Shown: positions 49,118-59,230 of the stretch, piece after piece
Layout of the letters: every line of letters starts with the position of its first letter
Position numbering within the stretch: the stretch's first letter is position 1
From: an uncultured Chlamydiales bacterium
GTDB taxonomy: Bacteria > Chlamydiota > Chlamydiia > Chlamydiales > JAAKFR01
Assembly (NCBI GenBank): GCA_963748195.1
Contig: CAVVHU010000012.1
Span: forward strand, 25,097 to 89,096
DNA length: 64,000 nucleotides
Reading direction: 5' to 3'
Position numbers and translations under genes: made by a program
Notes under the pieces: model-generated
The model's database searches: none
The model's input: the letters and a program-made list of their open reading frames with translations, nothing else
What the model was told of the DNA's origin: nothing

Positions 49118-50554
49118 GGTGAGTTGTTGATCGACAACGTTTTGGAAATAGGCGTTTTCCTTAGCTCCAAAAGGCGTAATAAGAGTAAGGAACAATGCCT
49201 TATTTGTTTCTGTGCGGTCCTTAAAGAGAGAAGTTTTTCTGTTAAGTTCTGTAACATAGGCTTTTGTCAGACTAAATTCCTTATCGCAAAATTTAAGCTC
49301 ACAGAGATTGATGCATTGATCTGCTCGATCGATTACAAGATCAATTTCGACCTCTTTTTTTCCTTCAAGATCAGTTTTCCAATAACTTGCTTGAGTACTA
49401 ACACCACCAATGCGTAGAGCATTTTTAATCTCAGCCACATGTTTTAAACACAAACTTTCAAATGCAAAACCAGCCCAAGATTTCCATGAAGGGGTTGCTT
49501 GTCGTTTGATCCAATATTCCTTTTCAACTCCTTTTAAAAGAGATCCTTTTTCCGGCTCTATCCAATGAAGATAAAAAAGGGTATATTCATCATTGAGATA
49601 ATAATGCATTCCCTTAGATTTTTTGCCCATTTCAGGAAGAGTTGCTATAAATCCTGATTCTTCTAATTCCCTTAAAACATCACTAGTTCGCCCGCTATTA
49701 TTTAATTTGGCGGTTTTTAATAATTCTAAACGTGACATTCCTCGTCTTTGCTTTGCCAAGGTGCGCACAATTTTGAAATGTGTTTCAGCATTCTGAAATA
49801 GTGAATAATATAGCTTATAAAATTCAGTAAGTAGCGGCGATTGGGGAGTGAAACATAAAAAATGGATATTTTGGTTTGCAGAGAGACCTCTTTCTATATA
49901 GGAAAGATATTTGGGAACACCACCAGTTACCATGTAAATTTCACAAATTTGTTTTCGGGTTAAAGAAATCTCTCTAGATTGCAAATACGCTTCCGTTTCA
50001 GAAAGAGAAAAAGGAAGAAGTCTAAGATGAGCGCTTAATCTTCCGTAAAGGCCGCCTGTATTGTTTACAACATGGTGAATCATCCAGGAGGCTGCAGAAC
50101 CAGAAACGATTAGAAAAAGATTGGGCATGCTGGAAAAATGACGGTTCCACGCATACTCTAATGCTTCTAAAAAGCCTGACTTTGAAGAGGCAAGCCATGG
50201 AAGTTCATCAAAAAATATGACAACTTTCTGCTTTCCTTCAATTTGCGTCACGCTCTTGATAAGTCGCTGAAATGCTTCTCGCCATGATTTTGGGGAGGTT
50301 TTAGTATGATTGTGATTAAAGAGAGCTGTGTACTCGCTATGAAAGTATTCTAGTTGTTCTTTTGTAGAGGCGGCAAAAGACCCTGTGATTTCGAAATAGA
50401 CTCCTTTTCTTTTAAAATAATTTCGAATTAAAAAGGTCTTTCCAATACGCCGACGTCCATAAATGGCTAAAAATTCAGCATTTTTTGATTTGTATAATCT
50501 TTCAAGGGTGTGTTTTTCTTCATTTCGCCCTATGATGGGCTCGGGTGATTTCAT
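49094..50554 (-). CDS. AAA-type ATPase (Arch_ATPase-like) with a C-terminal DUF234-like domain
   Basis: 486 aa. GRNEEKHTLERLY...FLAIYGRRRIGKTFLI (Walker A) and VVIFFDELPWL (Walker B). The C-terminal region with EIDLVID...LCELKF resembles DUF234. Confidence 0.7.
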   Translation of the reverse strand: MKSPEPIIGRNEEKHTLERLYKSKNAEFLAIYGRRRIGKTFLIRNYFKRKGVYFEITGSFAASTKEQLEYFHSEYTALFNHNHTKTSPKSWREAFQRLIKSVTQIEGKQKVVIFFDELPWLASSKSGFLEALEYAWNRHFSSMPNLFLIVSGSAASWMIHHVVNNTGGLYGRLSAHLRLLPFSLSETEAYLQSREISLTRKQICEIYMVTGGVPKYLSYIERGLSANQNIHFLCFTPQSPLLTEFYKLYYSLFQNAETHFKIVRTLAKQRRGMSRLELLKTAKLNNSGRTSDVLRELEESGFIATLPEMGKKSKGMHYYLNDEYTLFYLHWIEPEKGSLLKGVEKEYWIKRQATPSWKSWAGFAFESLCLKHVAEIKNALRIGGVSTQASYWKTDLEGKKEVEIDLVIDRADQCINLCELKFCDKEFSLTKAYVTELNRKTSLFKDRTETNKALFLTLITPFGAKENAYFQNVVDQQLTLDALFFT

Positions 50555-50711
50555 GTGAAAATTCTCTTTTTATCGCCATTTTAGGCTTTTTGATTTTATT
50601 ATATCAACAAAATTCTGTTTTTTCTGTGTTTTTAGGCTTTTTAATTTCAATAGGGAGCGGAGCTCTCATTTTTTACATTTCTTTCCTAGGATGCCTCTTC
50701 ATTTGTTCAGC

Positions 50712-50740
50712 TTGAACATCAATTCGCTTCCCTGTATAAT
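50712..50740 (+). promoter_or_regulatory. Near-consensus sigma-70/66 promoter upstream of yajC
   Basis: TTGAAC (50712-50717), a 17-nt spacer, TATAAT (50735-50740). The yajC ATG is at 50779, preceded by agaggaaac. Confidence 0.5.
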
Positions 50741-50778
50741 ATTTTATATTTCTATATCCTAATTTAGAGGAAACAAGC

Positions 50779-51150
50779 ATGTTTAAAAAATTCCTATCAC
50801 TTTTTGCTCTGTTCTCGGTATCCCTGCCTTTGTTTGCAGAAGAAGAGGAAGTGGTTCGCAACTCCGGCTCTTTCTACCAAACACTGATTATGATCGGGAT
50901 CGCCATCGTCTTTTTCTATTTTATTCTATGGCGTCCAGAGCAAAAGCGGCGCAAAGCAATGGAACAGAAACGCGGCGCAATGAAAAAAGGGGATCAAGTA
51001 ACCGCAATGGGCATTATCGGTACCCTTGACAGCATAAAAGAACAAACAGTGATTGTCAAAATGGTCGACGGTTCAAAAATCGAGTTCATTAAAGCGGCAA
51101 TCAGCGAAGTGCGTCCAAAAGAAGAAGGTCAAGCACAACAAGAGGCTTGA
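50779..51150 (+). CDS. yajC: Preprotein translocase subunit YajC
   Basis: TM helix followed by FYFILWRPEQKRRK and KKGDQVTAMGIIGTL...VIVKM, the YajC signature. Confidence 0.9.
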   Translation: MFKKFLSLFALFSVSLPLFAEEEEVVRNSGSFYQTLIMIGIAIVFFYFILWRPEQKRRKAMEQKRGAMKKGDQVTAMGIIGTLDSIKEQTVIVKMVDGSKIEFIKAAISEVRPKEEGQAQQEA

Positions 51151-51446
51151 TAGACTCTCCAACACGTCACAACTAAATCAGGGGCAATCAATAAGTCCCC
51201 TGAATATATTTCTACAATTCCTCTGAGCAACATTCCTGAAAGAAATTTTTTGGCTTCATAAGAATTATTAGAGTCTTGAAGTATATGCAAGGTTCCTAGA
51301 ACTCTGAAGATTCCGATCGCGCTTCCCAAGTAAGGGGTCCATCCCATAATTACCAAAGCATTTCTAAAATGCGCATCGCTTAAATGAGAAATCAATGGAT
51401 GGTGGAACCCTAAGGTACTTGGAAGCGGATCAGTTGCCTTTATCAT
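51129..51446 (-). CDS. Hypothetical protein downstream of htpG
   Basis: 105-aa ORF 9 nt after the htpG stop, with one hydrophobic segment. It overlaps the yajC 3' end by 22 nt. No motif was recognised. Confidence 0.35.
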   Translation of the reverse strand: MIKATDPLPSTLGFHHPLISHLSDAHFRNALVIMGWTPYLGSAIGIFRVLGTLHILQDSNNSYEAKKFLSGMLLRGIVEIYSGDLLIAPDLVVTCWRVYQASCCA

Positions 51447-51455
51447 AAAAATAAT

Positions 51456-53243
51456 TTACAAATTGGTGGCTTTGCAGGCAAGTTTTTCCAACACTTTAGT
51501 GCTGCGAGCAATGAACCGGGTCAACGCCTCGGGCTCCATCTCTTTTTGAGAGAGACGGGCTAGATCATACACCTCTTGCGCCATTTCTTTTGCAAGCTCC
51601 GGATCGATTTTTTCAACCGCGTGAATCGCGTTGATCAGCTTATTGTTTGTATTGATTACAAAGGTCGGTTTCACAAGATCAGGCATTGGCATGCCGCGGT
51701 TATGCATCGCCATGGTATCGCGAAGGCGGCGTTGCTCTTCACTCAGCATAATAAATCCGGTCATCGATTCGGAGGCAAGCGACTGCGCTTCCACTTCAAT
51801 ATCGAGCTTCTTATGGAAGAACTCAGCGATCTTTGCCGCCTCGCTTCGCCCCTCGGCATCGAGCAAGCTCTTTGCTTTGGAAGGATCGAGAATTTTCTCA
51901 TCGACACTCGCATCGATCCGCTTGAATGTTGTGTTTGTTTTCCGCTCTAAAAACTGGAGCAGGGCCTGATCAATCATCGATGGAGGGATTAAGAGCACTT
52001 CGATTCCCTTATCTCGGTAAAGGTCGAGAAAATGCCCTTCTTCAGAGGCATAATAAAGCGTTTGATCGGGATGGCGCTCTTTGTAATCTTCTACAGTTGT
52101 CCACTCATTCTCGCTGTTTTTCCAGACTAAAAACTCTTTTACCCTTTCATAAAACTTTTCATCTTGAAGGACGCCGAACTTGATGATGAGCTCGATATCC
52201 TCCCAGTATGAAAGGAACTTCTCCTTGTCGCTTCTGTAAAGAGCTGAGAGGCGGTCAGAGATTTTTTTCGAGATATGCGAACCGAGCTGACGCACTGTAC
52301 GGTCCATCTGCAGATAGCTTCGGGAAACGTTGAGAGGAATATCTGGGCTGTCGAGCGTTCCTCGTAAAATCGTTAAATATTCAGGAAGCAAATCGTGGCA
52401 GTTGTCTGAGACGAAGACGCGGTTGCAAAAGAGCTTGATGGTATCTTTTTTGAGCTCTCTCTCCTTAGATAATTTGGGGAAATAGAGGATTCCTTTTAGG
52501 TTGAACGGATAGTCGACATTTAAATGTACCCAGAAGAGCGGATCTGGTTCCATAGGGAAGAGATGGCGATAAAAATCGATATACTCTTGTTCTGTGCACT
52601 CTGAGGCTGGCTTCATCCATAGAGGAGGCTTTTCATTGATCTGTTTGTCATTTAAGAAAATCGGGTAGGGGAGAAAGCTGCAGTAGTGGTTGAGAATTTG
52701 GCGCAACTTCGCATCATCGAGGTATTCCTCTTCTTCGCTCGAGAGAGATAAAATCACATCAGTTCCTCTCTCTTTTCGCGTTCCTTTTTCCATAGTGTAG
52801 TTGATCGATCCGTCGCAACTCCAGTGAACCGGCTCAGCACCTTCTTTGTACGAAAGGGTCTGAATATCTACATTTTGTGCCACCATGTAAGCGGAGTAGA
52901 ACCCGAGACCAAAGTGGCCAATGATCTGGTCTTCTTCTTTATTAGATTGGTATTTTTTGACAAACTCTTCTGCACCTGAAAAGGCGATTTGGGCGATGTA
53001 ATTCTCTACTTCGTCAGCATCCATCCCGATTCCGTTGTCAGAGAAAGTAAGCGTCCTTTTCTCTTTGTCGATTTTGATATCGATCCGGGCACTTTCAGGT
53101 GAGCTGTCTGTGATTTTGCAGAACTTCGAGATGGCATCACAACTATTTGAGACAAGCTCTCTTACAAAAATATCTTTATCAGAGTAAAGCCATTTTTTGA
53201 TGATTGGTAAGATGTTTTCACTGTGTATCTTTAATGTGCCCAT
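51456..53243 (-). CDS. htpG: Molecular chaperone HtpG (Hsp90)
   Basis: N-terminal IFVRELVSNSCDAISK and DNGIGM GHKL ATPase motifs, plus GHFGLGFYSAYMVA. 595 aa. Confidence 0.9.
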   Translation of the reverse strand: MGTLKIHSENILPIIKKWLYSDKDIFVRELVSNSCDAISKFCKITDSSPESARIDIKIDKEKRTLTFSDNGIGMDADEVENYIAQIAFSGAEEFVKKYQSNKEEDQIIGHFGLGFYSAYMVAQNVDIQTLSYKEGAEPVHWSCDGSINYTMEKGTRKERGTDVILSLSSEEEEYLDDAKLRQILNHYCSFLPYPIFLNDKQINEKPPLWMKPASECTEQEYIDFYRHLFPMEPDPLFWVHLNVDYPFNLKGILYFPKLSKERELKKDTIKLFCNRVFVSDNCHDLLPEYLTILRGTLDSPDIPLNVSRSYLQMDRTVRQLGSHISKKISDRLSALYRSDKEKFLSYWEDIELIIKFGVLQDEKFYERVKEFLVWKNSENEWTTVEDYKERHPDQTLYYASEEGHFLDLYRDKGIEVLLIPPSMIDQALLQFLERKTNTTFKRIDASVDEKILDPSKAKSLLDAEGRSEAAKIAEFFHKKLDIEVEAQSLASESMTGFIMLSEEQRRLRDTMAMHNRGMPMPDLVKPTFVINTNNKLINAIHAVEKIDPELAKEMAQEVYDLARLSQKEMEPEALTRFIARSTKVLEKLACKATNL

Positions 53244-53287
53244 ATTGCCCTCAAATTTTATTTAGAGGAGCATTTTATCATATTTGA

Positions 53288-54661
53288 CTACTTCAGTAAA
53301 GTGTCGAGATTGAGAATTCCGCTCTGTTCAAGCATGACCAAAACAACCCCTAGAGGAACTACCCATCTGACTAAAAAGAGCCAGGGTCTGAAAATCCACA
53401 GCCAGCCGGTCCCTTCTAAAAATCCTTCGCGTCGGATCTTTTTTTCGATTACCCAGCCAGCAAATATAGACGTTAAAATTGCATTGAGTGGCAATACCCA
53501 AGTGGATGAAAAATAATCGAATGTGTCAAAAAATGATTTTCCAAACATCGAGTCCCAGTTATTAAATAGGGTAGGTGTGCCGGAAAGGGCGCAGGGGACA
53601 GCAAGTAAGAACACCGCACCTCCGACAAGCAGGGCTCCTTTTGGTCGCGACCACCCAAAACTTTCAGTGACAGTCGCCACCAAAACCTCCATGACCGATA
53701 TCGTCGAGGTAAGCGCAGCAAAGACCACGAGCACAAAAAAAGTTGTGGAGATCAAAAGCGTTCCAGGAAGTTTGCTAAAGAGCACAGGCAGCGTTTTAAA
53801 AAGGAGTCCCGGTCCTTCCTGAGGTGTGAAGTTAAATGTAAAAATAATCGGGAAGATCATCAGCGAGGCAAGTAGAGAGACGAGAATATCCATGGCGCCA
53901 ATGGTAAAAGCGGTTTTTGGGATATTATCATCCTTATGCATGTAGCTGCCGTATGTAATGATGATGCCCATTCCAACACTTAGTGTAAAACAAGCAAGCC
54001 CAAGAGCTTGTAGTAGTCCTGAAGGGGAAAGTCTGGAAGCCTCGGGGCTGAATACAAAGAAAAACGCCTTTGGAAATCCTTCAAGAGTAATGCTATAGAG
54101 AAACAGGAGAACAAGAATAAGGAGAAGGGCTGGAGTCAGAATTTTTGCCCAAAACTCGATCCCTTTACGGATTCCTCGGTAAACGATTGCTGTTGTAATC
54201 CCTAAGAAAATAATCGTCCATAGCAGATTAATGCCGCCGGCCGAGTAGAGAATATTGAATACATTGCTGATCTCATCGGGTGTTTTATTTGCAGAAAAGT
54301 TCAATAAAGACATGAAAGTGTAGTTTAAAGCCCATCCTGCTACAACTGAGTAGTATGAAAGGATTAAAAACGAAACCAGGACGCTTGACCAGCCGATAAT
54401 GCGCCAGTTTTTTTCTACGCCGGAAAGTTCTGAAAATGCTCCTACAGGCGCGCGTGCAGCTGTTCTCCCTATCATGAGCTCTGCCATAAAAATAGGTACG
54501 CCGATAATGAAAGTAAAAATGAGATAGGCAAGCACAAAAAGCCCTCCTCCATTTACGCCTGTGACGTAAGGAAACTTCCAAAGGCTGCCAAGTCCGATAG
54601 CTGAGCCTGCTGTTGCCATGAGGAAGCCTAGCTTGCTTCCCCAACTTTCGCGTGGTTTCAT
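53288..54661 (-). CDS. Sodium-dependent transporter, SNF (neurotransmitter:sodium symporter) family
   Basis: WGSKLGFLMATAGSAIGLGSLWKFPY N-terminal signature; 457 aa with ~11-12 TM helices. Confidence 0.9.
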   Translation of the reverse strand: MKPRESWGSKLGFLMATAGSAIGLGSLWKFPYVTGVNGGGLFVLAYLIFTFIIGVPIFMAELMIGRTAARAPVGAFSELSGVEKNWRIIGWSSVLVSFLILSYYSVVAGWALNYTFMSLLNFSANKTPDEISNVFNILYSAGGINLLWTIIFLGITTAIVYRGIRKGIEFWAKILTPALLLILVLLFLYSITLEGFPKAFFFVFSPEASRLSPSGLLQALGLACFTLSVGMGIIITYGSYMHKDDNIPKTAFTIGAMDILVSLLASLMIFPIIFTFNFTPQEGPGLLFKTLPVLFSKLPGTLLISTTFFVLVVFAALTSTISVMEVLVATVTESFGWSRPKGALLVGGAVFLLAVPCALSGTPTLFNNWDSMFGKSFFDTFDYFSSTWVLPLNAILTSIFAGWVIEKKIRREGFLEGTGWLWIFRPWLFLVRWVVPLGVVLVMLEQSGILNLDTLLK

Positions 54662-54699
54662 ATTGAAAATGGATAGCAGAAGAGTTAATATTAAAGTAT

Positions 54700-56004
54700 A
54701 TGTTTCTTGCTCAATTTGTACAAGGCTTTACGCTAGCCGTTACAGCTTCTATCGCATTTATTGTAATAGGGTTAATTCTTACTATTATGATTCTGTTCAC
54801 GAAAAAGAAGCTCGTGCGCACAGCTCCCTGCGAGATAAAAATCAACGAAGATGAAAAATTAACGAAGACAGTTGCAGGGGGACAGACCCTTCTTTCTGCT
54901 TTAACGCGCGAAGGAATTCCGGTGCCTTCGCCTTGCGGAGGCAAGGCGACATGCAAGCAATGCCGCATCCAGGTTTTAGAGGGAGCGGAAGCGCCGTTAG
55001 AGACAGATAAGGGAACTTTTAATAAAAAGCAGCTCCAAGAGGGATGGCGCCTTTCTTGTCAGTTAAAGGTAAAAGAAGATCTCCATGTCCATATTGAAGA
55101 GCGCTATCTGGAAGTAAAAGAATGGGATGCGACTGTGATCAGTAATGAGAACGTGGCGACCTTCATCAAAGAGCTCGTTGTGGAAATTCCCGAAGGGGCA
55201 GAAGTGCCGTACCGCTCTGGAGGTTATTTGCAGTTCCATGTCCCGGCTTTCAAAACAAACACAGACGATTGGAAAGCCACGATGGATCCCAAATACTATG
55301 AAGATTGGGAAAAGTTCGGGCTATTTGGACGCTTAGTTGATTTCAGTCACTTAAGCACAGGTGAGGTCATCAGAGCGTACTCAATGGCTTCCTACCCAGC
55401 CGAAGGACGGAAGTTGAGATTCAATATCCGCATTGCGACGCCTCCCTTTATCAAAGGAGAGATGGTCGATAAAATTCCATGGGGGATCTGTTCAAGCTAT
55501 ACCTTCAGCCTCAAACCTGGCGACAAAGTGAAGCTCTCTGGGCCCTATGGAGAGTCGTTTATGATCAACGATCAACGCCCACTTATCTTCTTAATCGGAG
55601 GAGCGGGATCATCCTTTGGGCGGAGCCATGTACTGCATTTGTTCAATACTGAAAAGACCGATCGGCAAGTAGACTTTTGGTATGGGGCGCGCTCTCTAAA
55701 AGAAAACATCTATCAAGAAGAATACGAGGCGCTTGATAAAGTGCATGAGAACTTTCGCTACCATTTAGTTCTTTCTGAACCACTTCCAGAAGACTTGGAA
55801 GCGGGCTGGCAGAAAGACGATCCCGTTAAAACAGGCTTTTTGTTTAAGTCTTTTGAATTGGGACAATTAAAATCGATGGAGGAACCGGAAGAGTGCCTAT
55901 ATTATGTTTGCGGACCTCCTCTGCATAACTCGAGCGTGCTTAAGCTGCTCGATGATTATGGTGTTCCTCGGGAAAATATCGTTCTCGATGATTTTGGATC
56001 ATGA
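54700..56004 (+). CDS. nqrF: Na+-translocating NADH:quinone reductase subunit F
   Basis: N-terminal TM helix, 2Fe-2S CGGKATCKQCRIQV...C, FAD site RAYSMASYP, and NAD site GGAGSSFG. Confidence 0.9.
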   Translation: MFLAQFVQGFTLAVTASIAFIVIGLILTIMILFTKKKLVRTAPCEIKINEDEKLTKTVAGGQTLLSALTREGIPVPSPCGGKATCKQCRIQVLEGAEAPLETDKGTFNKKQLQEGWRLSCQLKVKEDLHVHIEERYLEVKEWDATVISNENVATFIKELVVEIPEGAEVPYRSGGYLQFHVPAFKTNTDDWKATMDPKYYEDWEKFGLFGRLVDFSHLSTGEVIRAYSMASYPAEGRKLRFNIRIATPPFIKGEMVDKIPWGICSSYTFSLKPGDKVKLSGPYGESFMINDQRPLIFLIGGAGSSFGRSHVLHLFNTEKTDRQVDFWYGARSLKENIYQEEYEALDKVHENFRYHLVLSEPLPEDLEAGWQKDDPVKTGFLFKSFELGQLKSMEEPEECLYYVCGPPLHNSSVLKLLDDYGVPRENIVLDDFGS

Positions 56005-57638
56005 TCATTGCACTTGCTCAAATCAATCCGACTATCGGCTCTCTTTCTGCAAACTATGATAAAATAGTTCACAATATCAAGCAGGCAAAAGCGGCCGGTG
56101 CTGATCTTATCGTCTTTCCGGAAATGGCTCTTTGTGGCTATCCGGCAGAGGACTTACTTCTTCTCCCGAGTTTTATTAAAGCTCTGACGGATAAGTTGAA
56201 GTGTGTCATCGAAGCCTCTCATGGGATCACGGTTGTCGTCGGAACGGTTCGCGAGAACCCTTCAGGTGGGGAAAAAGGACTCTATAATACAGCCGCGATC
56301 ATTGAAAACGGGCAGCTCATCGGTTTTCAGGATAAAGCGCTCCTTCCTGACTATGACGTGTTTTCCGAGAGGCGCTATTTTGAGCCTGCTTCGCACAGCG
56401 CTGTTTGGAGCCTTTTGGGAAAGCGTGTGGCGATTACCATCTGCGAAGATATTTGGCAGCATGCAGAAGCTGTTGAATATACCTCCTATGTGCGCGATCC
56501 TGTGGAAGAGCTGGCTAGTCAAGAGCCTGATTTGCTTCTCAATCTTTCAGCTTCTCCCTTTAGTATGGGACGTCAAGATGTACGCCTCGAGGTGTGTCGA
56601 AAGGCAGCAAAAACAGTTCGGTGCCCCGTCCTTTTATGCAACCAAGTCGGGGGCAATGACCGGTTGATTTTTGATGGGCACAGCCTTCATGTCGATCAGA
56701 CGGGTGAGCTCGTGCAGTTTGCAAAAGCGTTTGAGGAGGATTTGCTGCTTGTCGATCTCGATAAACGTTATGCCCCTTGTCTGATCCCTGTGCAGCAGGT
56801 TGAGAGTTTATATAATGCTCTGGTGCTCGGGGTGCGCGACTATTTTCATAAGCAAGGGTTTAGCCGTGCCTGCTTTGGGCTTTCCGGAGGGATTGATTCG
56901 GCTGTTGTCGCTTGCATTGCAAAAGAGGCGCTAGGTGCAGAAAATGTGCTCGCCCTCACCATGCCTTCCCGCTACTCGTCGAAAACAAGCATGCACGATG
57001 CAGAGGAGTTAGCAAAAAATTTAGGGATTGCATTTGAGGAATTTTCTATTGAAAAGCCATTTGAAACTTTTTTAGAGACCCTCTCTCCTAGGTTTAAGGG
57101 GATGCCTCCTGACGTGACAGAAGAAAACTTGCAAGCGCGCATACGCGGCGTCATCCTAATGGCCTATTCCAATAAGTTTGGATATCTTGTTTTAGGAACA
57201 GGGAATAAAAGCGAGATGGCAATGGGGTATGCGACCCTCTACGGCGATATGTGCGGCGGACTTGGAGTCTTAAGCGATGTTTCGAAAGAACAAGTGTACA
57301 TTCTTGCGCGCTATATCAATCGTAACCAACAGATTATTCCACAATCAATACTTGAGAAAGCGCCTTCGGCTGAACTGAGGTTTGATCAAAAAGATAGCGA
57401 TTCACTCCCAGAATACACCATTGTAGATCTCGTCTTAGGGGAGTATGTCGAACATCACCGCTCTCCTGAAGAAATTGCAGCAGCACATCATTTAGACCTC
57501 ACCCTTGTGAAAGAATTGGTGCGGAAAATCCACTTAAACGAATATAAGCGTCAACAAGCACCTCCCGGCTTGCGCGTAACAAGGCGCTCCTTTACAATCG
57601 GAAGGCGTTTTCCGATAGTTCAACACTGGAATATATAG
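56001..57638 (+). CDS. nadE: Glutamine-dependent NAD+ synthetase
   Basis: N-terminal CN-hydrolase domain (FPEMALCGYP, ICEDIW) plus C-terminal NAD synthase domain with the PP-loop GLSGGIDSAV. The start overlaps the nqrF stop (ATGA). Confidence 0.9.
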   Translation: MIIALAQINPTIGSLSANYDKIVHNIKQAKAAGADLIVFPEMALCGYPAEDLLLLPSFIKALTDKLKCVIEASHGITVVVGTVRENPSGGEKGLYNTAAIIENGQLIGFQDKALLPDYDVFSERRYFEPASHSAVWSLLGKRVAITICEDIWQHAEAVEYTSYVRDPVEELASQEPDLLLNLSASPFSMGRQDVRLEVCRKAAKTVRCPVLLCNQVGGNDRLIFDGHSLHVDQTGELVQFAKAFEEDLLLVDLDKRYAPCLIPVQQVESLYNALVLGVRDYFHKQGFSRACFGLSGGIDSAVVACIAKEALGAENVLALTMPSRYSSKTSMHDAEELAKNLGIAFEEFSIEKPFETFLETLSPRFKGMPPDVTEENLQARIRGVILMAYSNKFGYLVLGTGNKSEMAMGYATLYGDMCGGLGVLSDVSKEQVYILARYINRNQQIIPQSILEKAPSAELRFDQKDSDSLPEYTIVDLVLGEYVEHHRSPEEIAAAHHLDLTLVKELVRKIHLNEYKRQQAPPGLRVTRRSFTIGRRFPIVQHWNI

Positions 57639-59021
57639 TGAATAAAAATAAATGGTGGGTTTTTCTTGTCTCAACAAGCGGGCCTTCAGTCGTTTTTCTT
57701 GATAATACCATCATGCCTGTTGCTCTGCCAACAATCGAGAAGGATTTGTATTTTACGCCTCTTATGCTTGTATGGGTTGTCAATGCTTATCTTTTGAGTT
57801 TAACAGCTTTTCTCTTAATCGGCGGCCGATTATGCGACCTTTTTTGGGAAGAGACGCATGTTGATCACCGGCCTTGCGTTGTTTGGAGTCGGTTCATCCT
57901 TTAGCGGTTTTAGCATGACGCAATGGTGGATGATATTAGGAAGGGTGGTTCAAGGGATAGGGGGTGCGTGTATTGTCCCTACTACTGTCGCCCTTATTAT
58001 GTCTTCCTTTCCACAAGGAGAAAGGGCCAAAGCGATGGGTATCAATACCGGCATTAGCTCTATTTTTCTCCTATTAGGTCCCGGTTTGGGAGGCTTATTC
58101 ACACAATACCTCAATTGGCGTTGGATATTTTTTCTCAATATCCCCCTCGTCATATTCGGCATTTGGATGGCTTTACTGATATTGCCTCCGAACAAGAAGA
58201 AAAAAGAGACTTTTCATTTTATGGGAGCGGTTGTCTTATTATGCGCTGCTGTGACGCTCGTCGTCGGTTTGATGCAAGGCAATGAGTGGGGGTGGACTTC
58301 TCCTGCAACTCTTTCGCTTCTTTTTGTAAGTCCTTTCTTTTTTGTCATTTTTTGGTGGATTTCCACACATACACCCCATCCACTTATCGATTTTAATCTC
58401 TTTAAAAATCGTCGTTTTACAGCTTCCAATATCTTCATTTTCTTGACACAGTCGATCATCATGGTGACGGTTTTATGGGCTATCTATTTTCAAAATCAGC
58501 TGCATTATTCACCCGCTAAGACAGGTCTTGTGATCTTTATCGCGGTGTTTCCTGTCTTTATGATGGCTCCGCTTGGAGGATTTATCAGTGATCGTTATGG
58601 TCCTAGAACACCCATTTTGATTGGGTTTTCTCTTCTGACCTTTGCCCTGTTTTGGCTTCTATTTATGGTGCATCACGAGAATTTAGCTTATCTGATGCCA
58701 GGGTTGCTCTGTTTTGGATCGGGTATTCCTTTGATCTTGTCGCCGACGATTGCGATGGGGCTTTCCGAAGTAGATGTAAAAAAATTAGGGGCTGCATCGG
58801 GAATCACCACAGAGACCCGGCAGTTGGCAAGTACGATTGGGATCGCCCTGATGACGACGATTTATTACTCCACTCTCAATATCACCGGTTCGAATGCTCA
58901 GGCCTTCTCATCGATTTCGTTGATCGCAGGCTGCCTCGCATTTTTTGGATTGATTGTCGCTTTTTTTACAATAAAACGGAGACGTCCAGAAGTGAAAAAG
59001 AAGAGGGGTACCAGCAGTTAA
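57638..59021 (+). CDS. MFS transporter (DHA2-like) split by a 1-nt frameshift in a T6 run
   Basis: ORFs 57638-57904 and 57858-59021 are the two halves of one transporter. Removing one T from the run at 57840-57845 reads GGRLCDLFGKRRMLITGLALFG, the canonical family junction. Confidence 0.8.
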
Positions 59022-59230
59022 CTGCTGGTACCTAGACGAAAAACTATTTTTTAGGAGGCTTGCTGCTTCCAGGTTTGTTTTTTGCCATATAAACCTCTTA
59101 AGGTGTTGTTCACAAGTATCTTTGAGACTGTCTCTCGGATGTACTTGTTTCACCCTAGATTTTCTGCGAAAGGCGAATTTTTTAGGTAGAAGTTTTTTTT
59201 GTCTCAAAAAAAATACTGTATCAGCAAGCG

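Noticed and set aside
50575-50655. Direct repeat ttttaggcttttt(g/a)attt occurring twice, ~50 nt apart, upstream of the DUF234 ATPase gene.
   Set aside because: These are short, T-rich, low-complexity repeats. I could not tie them to a promoter or a binding-site architecture.
59044-59088. A 14-codon mini-ORF on the minus strand (MAKNKPGSSKPPKK) preceded by AAGAGG at a 5-nt spacing.
   Set aside because: It is too short to support from sequence alone and I know of no family match. It might deserve a look in ribosome-profiling data but is not called as a feature.
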